Made by a program: the position numbers and the translations under genes
Shown: piece by piece, positions 28,489-37,282 of the stretch
How the letters are laid out: every line of letters starts with the position of its first letter
How positions within the stretch are numbered: the first letter of the stretch is position 1
NCBI GenBank assembly: GCA_963681965.1
Contig: OY820579.1
Span: 3,168,001-3,232,000, forward strand
Source of the DNA: a bacterium
GTDB taxonomy: Bacteria; Electryoneota; JAOADG01
Length of the DNA: 64,000 nucleotides
Direction: 5' to 3'
Notes under the pieces: model-generated
The model's database searches: none
What the model was told of the DNA's origin: nothing
What the model saw: only the letters and a program-made list of their open reading frames with translations

Positions 28489-30819
28489 ATGAAATCATTG
28501 CGACTGTTTTTTCTCGTAATGGTTGTTGCAATACTCGCAACAACAGTATTCGCTGTTGCACCTATCACCATGCAGGAAGATTTACTGCCACGTTACATGA
28601 CTCATGGTGCAGGCTCTCCAACTGTTCGCGTTCCGTTTGCATATAGGTTGACACTAAATGGCTTGAATTCAGCTGCAACATACAGACTGATCAACATGAT
28701 GGACTCCGCTGGCGGTAGCGCCAATGGCGCTTGCAACGCGTTTGAGGTACCCCCGACTAATTTAACCGGCTGGACGTATTCTTCTAGTCCGGATACCAAC
28801 ACTGTCGGCAAATATATCACTTTTACCGGCGTGTCGAGTCTTTCGAATTGGTTCATTACCGAACCTACTGCCAACCGTCGATTGATTGGTCCGTTGGCAA
28901 ATCAAGCCGCTCGGGCTGCGTTTGTTAAAATTACCATGTCTTCGCAGCAGGTTTGGTCGACTAGTTCCGTGAAATCTCTCGGTATCAACACCACTTACAA
29001 CTCGACTGATACCGCTGGTTCCTTCCTTTACGGTATCCTTCCCGACGCATCGATGGACAAGAACTTTGTATTTGTTTATGACAATGCCGAAGGAACCGGT
29101 CGTCCGATCGGTGGCAGCTTTGTCGAGAGCACTGGATTATCGGGATTGCCGGCAAGCTATCTGCTGAAGTACAAAGACAGCGTTCGCGCTTTCTCCGGTC
29201 GCTTTGGCGTCGTTATTCCGAATTACAATGCCAATGGCGTGAAGCGCATCGAAATTCGCTCGCTGACCGATGGCAGCATCATCCGCACCTACTCTACATC
29301 AAATGCAGTTTGGCCATCCGGCGCCAATACCATTTTCGATGCGACCACCAACATTCCCGTTGGAACCGTTGGTCTGCGTCTTGCCGGTAGCGACTTTGCG
29401 ACCGTGCTTGCCGCGTCCACTCCCGCTGGTGGATGTCCGAATACTGGAACCGTCGATTTCGGAACGATCAATCTGGGTCAGAATTCGGACATCGTGTTCA
29501 CGTTAGCGAACCATGGTGCGAGAAATTCCAATCTAACAGTTGTCAGTTCGAACAATACCGAATTCGCGGTTACGAACAACAACGCTACCAGCATCGGTGG
29601 CTATAACAACACCAAGACCTTTACGATTCACTTCGCCCCGACCAATACTGGCGCGCGAACGTCGACGATTACGATAACTAGCGACGATGTTAGTTCACCG
29701 TACACGATTTCGTTAACCGGTACTGGCGATCAGTATACTTCATTACCAGTTCCGAATCCGGCAGTCAACCCGCAAGATCCGTGGGTACCGACGATTCCGA
29801 CCGACCCAACAATCGGTACGACACCGACCGCACCAGTAATTTTGGACTTTCCGCCTCAGATTGGACCGTTCTCCAATCCGACTACAGTTACTGTCACTCA
29901 AACCACAACTGTACCGCCAGCATTGATTGGTTCCGGATTGGTCGATGCCAATCACGTTATCAATCGCTTCTGGACTATTACACCCGATGCCGAGAATTTC
30001 CAGAATGCGACTTTGACATTCCACTTTACCGCGGCAGATCTTCCGCTCGGTATTGGCGATCCAGTGACGGTCTCTCCGCCACTTTATGCGATCTTCTCGA
30101 ATGACGGTGGTATTACTTGGCATCCGGTCGCCGGCGTTGTTACCGGTCCCGATGGCAATGGTGTCTACAGCATGACGGTCAGTGGTTTGAATCACTTCTC
30201 CAAATGGGCTCTTGGTAGCGGCGCATTATTGCCCGTTACCTTGTCGACCTTCGACGTGATTCCGGTATCGCAGGGTACACGCCTACGTTGGACTACCGAA
30301 ACTGAAATGAATGTGAAGCACTTCATCATCGAGCGCTGGGCACAAGGTTCCGAGAATGTTGTTCAACGGATTCAGACTCCCAGCAAGGCACCGAATGGCA
30401 GCAGCCCGACTCCATTGTCGTATGCTGTGGAAGATAACTTCTTGGCAATCCCGGGAACATTCTATCACTATCGTCTGTCCGAAGAAACGCTGGACGGCGT
30501 TGTCAATGAACTCCGCACCCGCGTTGTGCAATTCCCGACTGCTGCACAAGTACCGACTGGATTCGATTTATTGAAGGCGTATCCAAACCCCTTCAATCCA
30601 TCTACTCGAATTCGCGTACAGCTCAGCGAACCCGGTTTTGCTACCGTATCCGTATTCAATATCAACGGTCAATTGGTTACCGAGTTGTTCAAGGGTAACA
30701 TGACGACCGATGCGAAGAACTTCAATTTCGACGGTTCCAATCTGCCGAGCGGCGTGTATCTGGTTCAGGTTTCCAGTACACAATTATCGATGCAGAAAAA
30801 GATCGTTCTGATGAAGTAA
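28489..30819 (+). CDS. Secreted paralogue with one choice-of-anchor D repeat and T9SS-type C-terminal domain
   Basis: GGAGG RBS, signal peptide; C-terminal ~360 aa clearly homologous to the upstream gene. Confidence 0.85.
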   Translation: MKSLRLFFLVMVVAILATTVFAVAPITMQEDLLPRYMTHGAGSPTVRVPFAYRLTLNGLNSAATYRLINMMDSAGGSANGACNAFEVPPTNLTGWTYSSSPDTNTVGKYITFTGVSSLSNWFITEPTANRRLIGPLANQAARAAFVKITMSSQQVWSTSSVKSLGINTTYNSTDTAGSFLYGILPDASMDKNFVFVYDNAEGTGRPIGGSFVESTGLSGLPASYLLKYKDSVRAFSGRFGVVIPNYNANGVKRIEIRSLTDGSIIRTYSTSNAVWPSGANTIFDATTNIPVGTVGLRLAGSDFATVLAASTPAGGCPNTGTVDFGTINLGQNSDIVFTLANHGARNSNLTVVSSNNTEFAVTNNNATSIGGYNNTKTFTIHFAPTNTGARTSTITITSDDVSSPYTISLTGTGDQYTSLPVPNPAVNPQDPWVPTIPTDPTIGTTPTAPVILDFPPQIGPFSNPTTVTVTQTTTVPPALIGSGLVDANHVINRFWTITPDAENFQNATLTFHFTAADLPLGIGDPVTVSPPLYAIFSNDGGITWHPVAGVVTGPDGNGVYSMTVSGLNHFSKWALGSGALLPVTLSTFDVIPVSQGTRLRWTTETEMNVKHFIIERWAQGSENVVQRIQTPSKAPNGSSPTPLSYAVEDNFLAIPGTFYHYRLSEETLDGVVNELRTRVVQFPTAAQVPTGFDLLKAYPNPFNPSTRIRVQLSEPGFATVSVFNINGQLVTELFKGNMTTDAKNFNFDGSNLPSGVYLVQVSSTQLSMQKKIVLMK

Positions 30820-30838
30820 CGACGTCTTGATTCTATTG

Positions 30839-30868
30839 AAAAGGGGCACAGCAATGTGCCCCTTTTTA
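30839..30868 (+). terminator. Rho-independent terminator
   Basis: aaaaggggcaca-gcaa-tgtgccccttttt. Confidence 0.85.
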
Positions 30869-30878
30869 TTTTAGTCAA

Positions 30879-31013
30879 TCTCATGCGTTAGTTGTCATCG
30901 GTAGTAGGGGCTAGCTCCCACGCCCGCCCGCAAGTTTTTGTAGGTTCAAACACTCCTGTCTGTACATGTTCGGCGAAGCCGAACACTGAATTTTGACAAC
31001 TTATTTTTAAGAA
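30879..31013 (+). repeat. Composite GTAG-REP/MITE-like element, copy 3 (long)
   Basis: gttgtcatcggtagtagggg...cgcccgccc; gttcggcgaagccgaac hairpin; right end tgacaacttatttttaaga. Confidence 0.75.
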
Positions 31014-31055
31014 CCACAATAATTTTTCAAGAGCACCGATATTAACGGGTCTTTG

Positions 31056-32024
31056 TTATCGGGTTTCGGAATCGGCAAATAGCAGCGAGAGATACGATTG
31101 ATACCGGGATGGTGCGATTTTGCCCTGCTCGACTGCCTCGCGAATCGCACACCCCTGATCTTTCCAGTGCCGACAATCGGCAAACTTACATTCGGCAGCA
31201 TAACTCTGGAATTCGGGAAACAGGTCAACGAGATTTTCGGCGACACCATCCAGAATATACGATTTAACTCCAGGCGTATCGATGATTTCAATCGTGTCGG
31301 ATAACCGGTACAGATGCGCGTTGGTGGTCGTATGAACCCCTTTACCACTGGTTTTGGAGATTGGATTGGTTGCCAATTCCAAATCCGGTAGCACACGATT
31401 CAGCAAGGACGATTTACCTACTCCCGAGGCACCGATGATCAGCGTTCGACCTGCTGGAAATAAACCGGTCAATTCGGTAATCGACATATTCTGAACGCTA
31501 ATTCCCAAAACTTTGTAGCCGATCGCATGGTAAATCGTGTAGAATTCCGTTTGCATAAAATCGGTTTGTGGAGGCAGCAGATCAATTTTATTCCACAAGA
31601 TTGTGATATCGACCCCTTGACAGCACTGCGAAGCTCCGACCAGCCGATCGATTAATCCCAATGGCGTCATTCGTTCTTCAACGGCACCAAGTACGATCAC
31701 ATGATCGAGATTGGCGGAAATTCCTTGCGGTTGATGAAGCATTGCCGGATTGCCGCGGAAAAAGGCATTCTTTCGTGCCGATACTTCAACAATGTTGGCT
31801 TCGCCTTTGACGATGTCGACTGGCAATGTGTCGTCGATCGTGTCGATCGCTATCACAACATTGTCACCAACCAGTACACCGCCTTTTGTCGCGTGATGAA
31901 ATCGAAGTTTCTTTGGACTACTGCAAGTAAATAGACCCAGTTCCGTCTCTACTACGATGCGATCGCCGGCGCGGTGAGTAACTAGTCCCTTAATTTCGTA
32001 CGCTTTTTTGTATTTTACTCGCAT
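31056..32024 (-). CDS. rsgA: Ribosome small subunit-dependent GTPase A
   Basis: Circularly permuted GTPase: NKID, GASGVGKS, GVHTTT, DTPG; C-terminal CKFADCRH...C zinc knuckle. Confidence 0.93.
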   Translation of the reverse strand: MRVKYKKAYEIKGLVTHRAGDRIVVETELGLFTCSSPKKLRFHHATKGGVLVGDNVVIAIDTIDDTLPVDIVKGEANIVEVSARKNAFFRGNPAMLHQPQGISANLDHVIVLGAVEERMTPLGLIDRLVGASQCCQGVDITILWNKIDLLPPQTDFMQTEFYTIYHAIGYKVLGISVQNMSITELTGLFPAGRTLIIGASGVGKSSLLNRVLPDLELATNPISKTSGKGVHTTTNAHLYRLSDTIEIIDTPGVKSYILDGVAENLVDLFPEFQSYAAECKFADCRHWKDQGCAIREAVEQGKIAPSRYQSYLSLLFADSETR

Positions 32025-32518
32025 TAATTCGCGCCAGTGGATTGATTGCGCTCAATCCATTCTTCGATTTGGAACGAATGCCGCATTGGATGCATAACAG
32101 CATGTTCCAGCATCGCATCCAGACAATAATCGATATCCCAATTCGATTTGAAAACTTGATCCCATTTCTCCTCGGGAATTTCTGAAAAAGGTAAACTCCA
32201 CGCTTCAAATAATTGATCAAGGTAGTCGGGTGTATCTCGCGCAATATTCGGCAGTTCCGGGGGTTTTGCGAGTGCTGGCGGAATAATTACCAATTTGTCG
32301 CACAACCAAAACAAGTACATTCGCGAAGAACTAAGTAAATGTTGAAGTAACTCCTCCCAGCTCTCGTAATCCATACCGGGAGAAGGTAACGAGCGACCTA
32401 AGGAAACTCCCTGTAACCATGTGCGGTAAAATACCCGGAGTTGACGGTCGTGTAAGATGATCATAGCTCGCGCACCGCGATAAGAGAAATCAGACAATTG
32501 TTGCTTGTGTTCGCTCAT
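32024..32518 (-). CDS. Hypothetical DinB-like protein
   Basis: LLQHL and C-terminal HAVMHPMRH His pattern in a four-helix-type sequence. Confidence 0.55.
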   Translation of the reverse strand: MSEHKQQLSDFSYRGARAMIILHDRQLRVFYRTWLQGVSLGRSLPSPGMDYESWEELLQHLLSSSRMYLFWLCDKLVIIPPALAKPPELPNIARDTPDYLDQLFEAWSLPFSEIPEEKWDQVFKSNWDIDYCLDAMLEHAVMHPMRHSFQIEEWIERNQSTGAN

Positions 32519-32539
32519 TTTAGTTTCTCGCTAAAAAAA

Positions 32540-34696
32540 TTACAGATTTAATTTATCGAAGATTATTTTTGGAAGTAACCGGATGATCAACATAATGTAG
32601 CGCCAGATCCCCGGAGTATAAACGACAGATTTCCCGTTCAGAACGTACTTGACGATCCTAACAGCCTGATCTTTTGGTTCAGCCAATAGTGGCAATTTGT
32701 CGATACCCGCTACCATTGGTGTTCGCGTTGGTCCTGGTTTAATCGTTGTGACAAAAATCTTCGATCCGGCAAAACGGTGTTGCAATCCTTGTAGATATAG
32801 ATGGAGAGCCGCTTTGTCGGCACCATAGAAATAATTCGATCGTCGTCCGCGATCGCCGGCTGGGCTTCCGATTGCGGCAATGTGACCCGTACCGCGTATT
32901 TCAAACAGATTGGCAATCCGTTCTAAAAAGAGCATCGGTTGAGTATAATTGATGTTGTGGTGCTCGATCGCGATATCGGTCTGATATTGCAATTGGGATT
33001 GTGACCACATCACTCCAGCAGCCCAGATTACACCGGCAATCGGTCCATAGGAAGCTTGAATCTCAGTTAGAAATGCGTCGATTGCGGCAGTTTGACTCTC
33101 CGGCAAGAAACCAGTTTCGATGTGAACACCGGATGATTTCGAGACTGATTCAGCGAGCTGTTTCAATTCGGTAGATCGGCTTGGGATATCGATTAATATC
33201 AGATTCTTATTTTGCTTCGCTAATTCGATAGCGAGTTCCGATCCAATACCACCGGTAGCACCAACCAATAACCAGTATTCTCGTTTCGATTCCGAAAGTG
33301 AGTTCATCGTTTTGACATCCGGTTTTACATCGTCGTCGATTTTTAATCTTCGCGATAAGTCGGAAGAAAACCGGCAATCGGGATCGACCTTCCGTTTAAT
33401 CTCGAGCCATTTCGGATAGTCGGGATAAAGCGATCGGAAAGTTTCCGGTTTCATCCGATAATCTTTCGCGAGATAAATGCGCCCTTTTTTCGCGATAATC
33501 AGTTCATCCAACTCGTCCAGCAGTTCGAACAAACCCGGTCGAACTGCGATATCAAGTGCCATCGTCCAACCCGGACGTGGAAATGACAAAGGTCCTTCTT
33601 GCGCTCCAAATCGCTTCAGAACTGTTAACGACGATGGGTGTCCCGCTTCCAGACAACGCTTGAGCACGTGGTGAATCACATCGTAACCACCATCCATCGG
33701 TACGACAAATTGATATTGAATGAAACCGGGTTTACTGTATAGTTTATTCCACTGATCCACTACGTCAAGTGGGTAAAAATATTTGTAGGCGGATAACACC
33801 TGCTGGTTTCGAATAGCACCCAGTTGTTTCCAGTAGTAAACGAAATTGAAAAATCGCGTTGTTAATGGATTGACTGCGCTGATCGGTAACACGAACGGCA
33901 TTTTGATTTGCTTCGTCGGGGGTAGTTCAAACGGCTGATTTCGCAACCGTTCGGGTAACTCTGACTGCGTCGTATGCCTGCCCAGAATCACTTCACCACG
34001 ACCCAGTTTATTTCCCGATGCGGTACTGTCGATCCATGCTACGGTATAGCGCCAATTGGAATCGTTCGCCGACAATTCATCCATGGTCTGTCGAAGCGAA
34101 TCGGTGCGAATCGTTTCAGTATGGATCCAAGTCGATTCGACGCGCAATAGCTGCATCGAAACTTTACAGATTAATCCGGTTAAACCCATTCCGCCGAGTG
34201 TAGCATCGAACAATTCACTGTTTTCGGTAGCGCTGCATTTCACGAAAGAACCATCGGCAAGCATTAACTCAATCCAATTGATATGACGATCGATTGAACC
34301 GTCGCTGTGATGATTTTTTCCGTGGACGTTGGCTGCGACACAACCTGATAAAGTAGGATATCGGGTTCCGGGAGTTACCGGGAGAAACCAACCGTGAGGG
34401 ACAATTTTCGTCAATAGATCGTGAAGCGTTACACCCGGTTCACATACAACCACACCGGTAATTGTGTCGAATGATAAAATTCGATTGAACGCTTCAAACG
34501 AAATCGTTCGTCCAAGTGAATTCAACGATGCGTCGCCGTAACTTCGACCCATTCCGAATACGATCAAGCGGTCAGTGGAATCGGCAAGAAGAGATTGTGA
34601 ATTTTCTAGATGATCGGGTTCAACGATAGTGGATCGGACTATTTTCGTTCGTCCCCAATTGCTTAGTAGTTTCTGTGACCAGCGGATTCTATTCAT
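32540..34696 (-). CDS. Fused polyprenylphosphoryl-ribose 2'-oxidase (DprE1-like, FAD) + 2'-keto reductase (DprE2-like SDR)
   Basis: N-terminal GMGRSYGD, PVTPGT, NVHGKNHH, GGMGLTG, LSFP.PGWT, GRIYLAKD, SDLSRRL; C-terminal SDR GATGGIG, GDRGRRSNYFYGADK, IKPGP; one uninterrupted ORF. Confidence 0.88.
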   Translation of the reverse strand: MNRIRWSQKLLSNWGRTKIVRSTIVEPDHLENSQSLLADSTDRLIVFGMGRSYGDASLNSLGRTISFEAFNRILSFDTITGVVVCEPGVTLHDLLTKIVPHGWFLPVTPGTRYPTLSGCVAANVHGKNHHSDGSIDRHINWIELMLADGSFVKCSATENSELFDATLGGMGLTGLICKVSMQLLRVESTWIHTETIRTDSLRQTMDELSANDSNWRYTVAWIDSTASGNKLGRGEVILGRHTTQSELPERLRNQPFELPPTKQIKMPFVLPISAVNPLTTRFFNFVYYWKQLGAIRNQQVLSAYKYFYPLDVVDQWNKLYSKPGFIQYQFVVPMDGGYDVIHHVLKRCLEAGHPSSLTVLKRFGAQEGPLSFPRPGWTMALDIAVRPGLFELLDELDELIIAKKGRIYLAKDYRMKPETFRSLYPDYPKWLEIKRKVDPDCRFSSDLSRRLKIDDDVKPDVKTMNSLSESKREYWLLVGATGGIGSELAIELAKQNKNLILIDIPSRSTELKQLAESVSKSSGVHIETGFLPESQTAAIDAFLTEIQASYGPIAGVIWAAGVMWSQSQLQYQTDIAIEHHNINYTQPMLFLERIANLFEIRGTGHIAAIGSPAGDRGRRSNYFYGADKAALHLYLQGLQHRFAGSKIFVTTIKPGPTRTPMVAGIDKLPLLAEPKDQAVRIVKYVLNGKSVVYTPGIWRYIMLIIRLLPKIIFDKLNL

Positions 34697-34710
34697 GTCG
34701 GAATGCAATC

Positions 34711-35583
34711 TCAATGCAATAGGCTCACGGTAACAATAATTGCCAACCAAATTAATACAACTACCCATATCACTTTATCTTGGAGAATCGCCTCGGTCGG
34801 ATCTTCGCATACTTCGTTCGTGTAAACTCTAGCGGTATATCGGAACAGTCCATAGATCACAAGTGGTGTCGAGTAAATTAAATTCTTAGAACCCACCCGT
34901 TGCACTGTCTCAGGATCGATGGTATAAAGCATATATGCCAACATCGTCATCCCGGAAACAACCGTGATCCATTGATCCCAAACGGCTACTGGTGGCGCAT
35001 TCTGTAAACTGATCCGGCTTGAATTTGCGTCGATTCCCACTCGAACGATTTCTTGACGTCGTTTTATCAATGCCAGCATCAGGGAAATTAAAAAAGCGCA
35101 AATCAACAACCAGTCCGACACCGTAACTTCGATGGCTGCCGCACCGAAAACCGCTCGCGTAGTCAGTCCACCCGCAACAATAAAGACATCCAACATTAGA
35201 ATATGTTTGAGACGAATAGAATATAACAACATTGCCAAAAAGTAACCGACGAGAATCCATGTAGCGATCGGTGGTAGAAACAATCCACCGAGAGAAATCG
35301 CTAATAGTAGAATTATGATGCCCAAAATTATCGCTTGAGTAGGAGATACTGCTCCCGAAGCGATCGGTCGGTGACGTTTGATTGGATGATTGCGATCTTG
35401 CTTGACATCGAAAAGGTCGTTGAAGATATACACACTGCTGGCAGTCAGCGAAAAAGAGATAAAGGCAATGATCAGTTCCAATATTTTTTGCTTGTCACTC
35501 CACTGTCCAGCAAATATAAAAGCCGTAAATATCAACAGATTTTTTGTCCATTGTTTTATTCTAAGAAGTCGGATGAAATTCAT
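34711..35583 (-). CDS. UbiA-family polyprenyl-phosphate phosphoribosyltransferase (DPPR synthase/NoeC-like)
   Basis: RIKQWTKN, YIFNDLFD..DRNHP.K..RPIASG, YS..LKH, KRRQE, DPTE motifs; adjacent to the DprE1/E2-like gene. Confidence 0.88.
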   Translation of the reverse strand: MNFIRLLRIKQWTKNLLIFTAFIFAGQWSDKQKILELIIAFISFSLTASSVYIFNDLFDVKQDRNHPIKRHRPIASGAVSPTQAIILGIIILLLAISLGGLFLPPIATWILVGYFLAMLLYSIRLKHILMLDVFIVAGGLTTRAVFGAAAIEVTVSDWLLICAFLISLMLALIKRRQEIVRVGIDANSSRISLQNAPPVAVWDQWITVVSGMTMLAYMLYTIDPETVQRVGSKNLIYSTPLVIYGLFRYTARVYTNEVCEDPTEAILQDKVIWVVVLIWLAIIVTVSLLH

Positions 35584-35979
35584 CTTATCCCTTTGGTCAG
35601 ATAAAATAAGGTCGGTTGTCGGTTAAATCTTTTTCGATCACGTTATAGAATTCGGCATAATTCTATAACGGATGGTCGAATAGATCGTTCCTTACTTGCA
35701 CGTTATCTTCACTAGAAATAGGTACGACTTGGCTATATTTACTAACAATCAATCTAGCAATATACATAGGAAAATCCAATCACAATCACAGATTCATCTG
35801 TACATTCGGTTAATTATTTTGTGTACTTCGGTCCTGCAACCTCTTTTTCGGGATATTTCATATACTGATTACATCCGGAAATCGATTTGATAGACAATCA
35901 TTAACCTGCACTTGGGTTGTATTAGACAACAAATCAGCGCAATTCCATTTTCAGCGCGCAACCTCTCAAAAACCAGTAG

Positions 35980-36008
35980 TTGAATTATCCAGTTTTTTTT
36001 TGTATAAT
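35980..36008 (+). promoter_or_regulatory. Sigma70-type promoter for tRNA-Asp
   Basis: TTGAAT (35980-85), 17-bp spacer, TATAAT (36003-08). Confidence 0.7.
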
Positions 36009-36035
36009 AGCTGTGCTTTACAAATGCACAACCTA

Positions 36036-36109
<74 letters not shown>

Positions 36110-36111
36110 CT

Positions 36112-36137
36112 AAGGTCGCTGGAAACAGCGACCTTTT
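36112..36137 (+). terminator. Terminator after tRNA-Asp
   Basis: aaggtcgctg-gaaa-cagcgacctttt. Confidence 0.85.
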
Positions 36138-36263
36138 CTAATTTTAGTCGATTACGGCTCGCTGAATCGGATAATTTGAGTTGAGGATAGTCAACGCACT
36201 ATCTTTACTCCAATACTAGATATTCGATCAACCGCATTGGAAGTGTATCGTAGAAAGGAAATC

Positions 36264-37184
36264 ATGAAATCGAAAGACTTTTTGTCGATGACCGACTGGA
36301 CACGCGATGAATTGGATCATGCCCTTCAACTCGCCCATAAGCTTAAAAAAGAACTGAAAGCCACAGGAACACACCAAACCAAGCCGCTTTCGGGTAAAAC
36401 CTATGGTTGCATTTTCCATAAAGCATCGCTGAGAACTCGGATTTCATTTGAGACCGGCATCTACCAGCTTGGTGGTAATGCCATGTACATCACCGACAAA
36501 GAAATTGAACTTGGGAAGCGTGAAACAATTGAAGATGCCGCCCGCGTCCTTTCACGTTACCTCGGTGGTATCGTTATTCGAACATATCACCAAAACGATA
36601 TTGTAAAATTAGCGGAATGGGCAAATATTCCGGTGATCAATGCTTTAACGGATTTGCTGCACCCTTGCCAATTAATGGCTGATATCCAGACAATTATCGA
36701 GAAAAAAGGGCGAATCGATGGATTAAAGATCGCTTATCTTGGCGATGGCAATAATATGGCAAATTCATGGATCGAAACTGCGAATCGCTGGGAAATCGAT
36801 TTACGTATCGGCACTTCCCCCGATACGATGCCTGATGCGACCATTTTGGCAAAAGCCAACGCTGAAGGTCCCGGTAAAGTATCGATCTGTCACGATGCAA
36901 TCGAAGCTGTTACCGGTGTTGATGTGATCTACACTGACGTGTGGGCGTCGATGGGTGCTAAAGATAAGTCCGACATCAATGCCGAACGACTCAAGCAGTT
37001 CCAAGTGAATATGACACTGCTTCGAAACGCACATCCAGATGCAATTGTAATGCATTGTTTGCCGGCTGAGCGCGGTCGTGAAATCACTGATGAAGTGTTG
37101 GAAAGCAAGCATTCGGTTGTTTTCGATGAAGCCGAAAATCGACTTCATGCGCAAAAAGGCGTTATGTGCCTGTTGGCTGAATAG
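36264..37184 (+). CDS. argF: Ornithine carbamoyltransferase
   Basis: SLRTRISFE, HPCQ, GDGNN, DVWASMG, HCLP, EAENR. Confidence 0.92.
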   Translation: MKSKDFLSMTDWTRDELDHALQLAHKLKKELKATGTHQTKPLSGKTYGCIFHKASLRTRISFETGIYQLGGNAMYITDKEIELGKRETIEDAARVLSRYLGGIVIRTYHQNDIVKLAEWANIPVINALTDLLHPCQLMADIQTIIEKKGRIDGLKIAYLGDGNNMANSWIETANRWEIDLRIGTSPDTMPDATILAKANAEGPGKVSICHDAIEAVTGVDVIYTDVWASMGAKDKSDINAERLKQFQVNMTLLRNAHPDAIVMHCLPAERGREITDEVLESKHSVVFDEAENRLHAQKGVMCLLAE

Positions 37185-37282
37185 CAACTAGAATTACGCA
37201 TTTGGAATTTTATTTTTTTTCAATTATTACTTGCTTTTTCTGCGATCTCATTGTATGATTAGTCGAACAGAAAGAGAAAAAC

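Noticed and set aside
36264-37184. SLRT instead of STRT suggesting N-acetyl/succinyl-ornithine transcarbamylase
   Set aside because: The DxxxSMG ornithine-binding loop and overall length match ordinary OTCase
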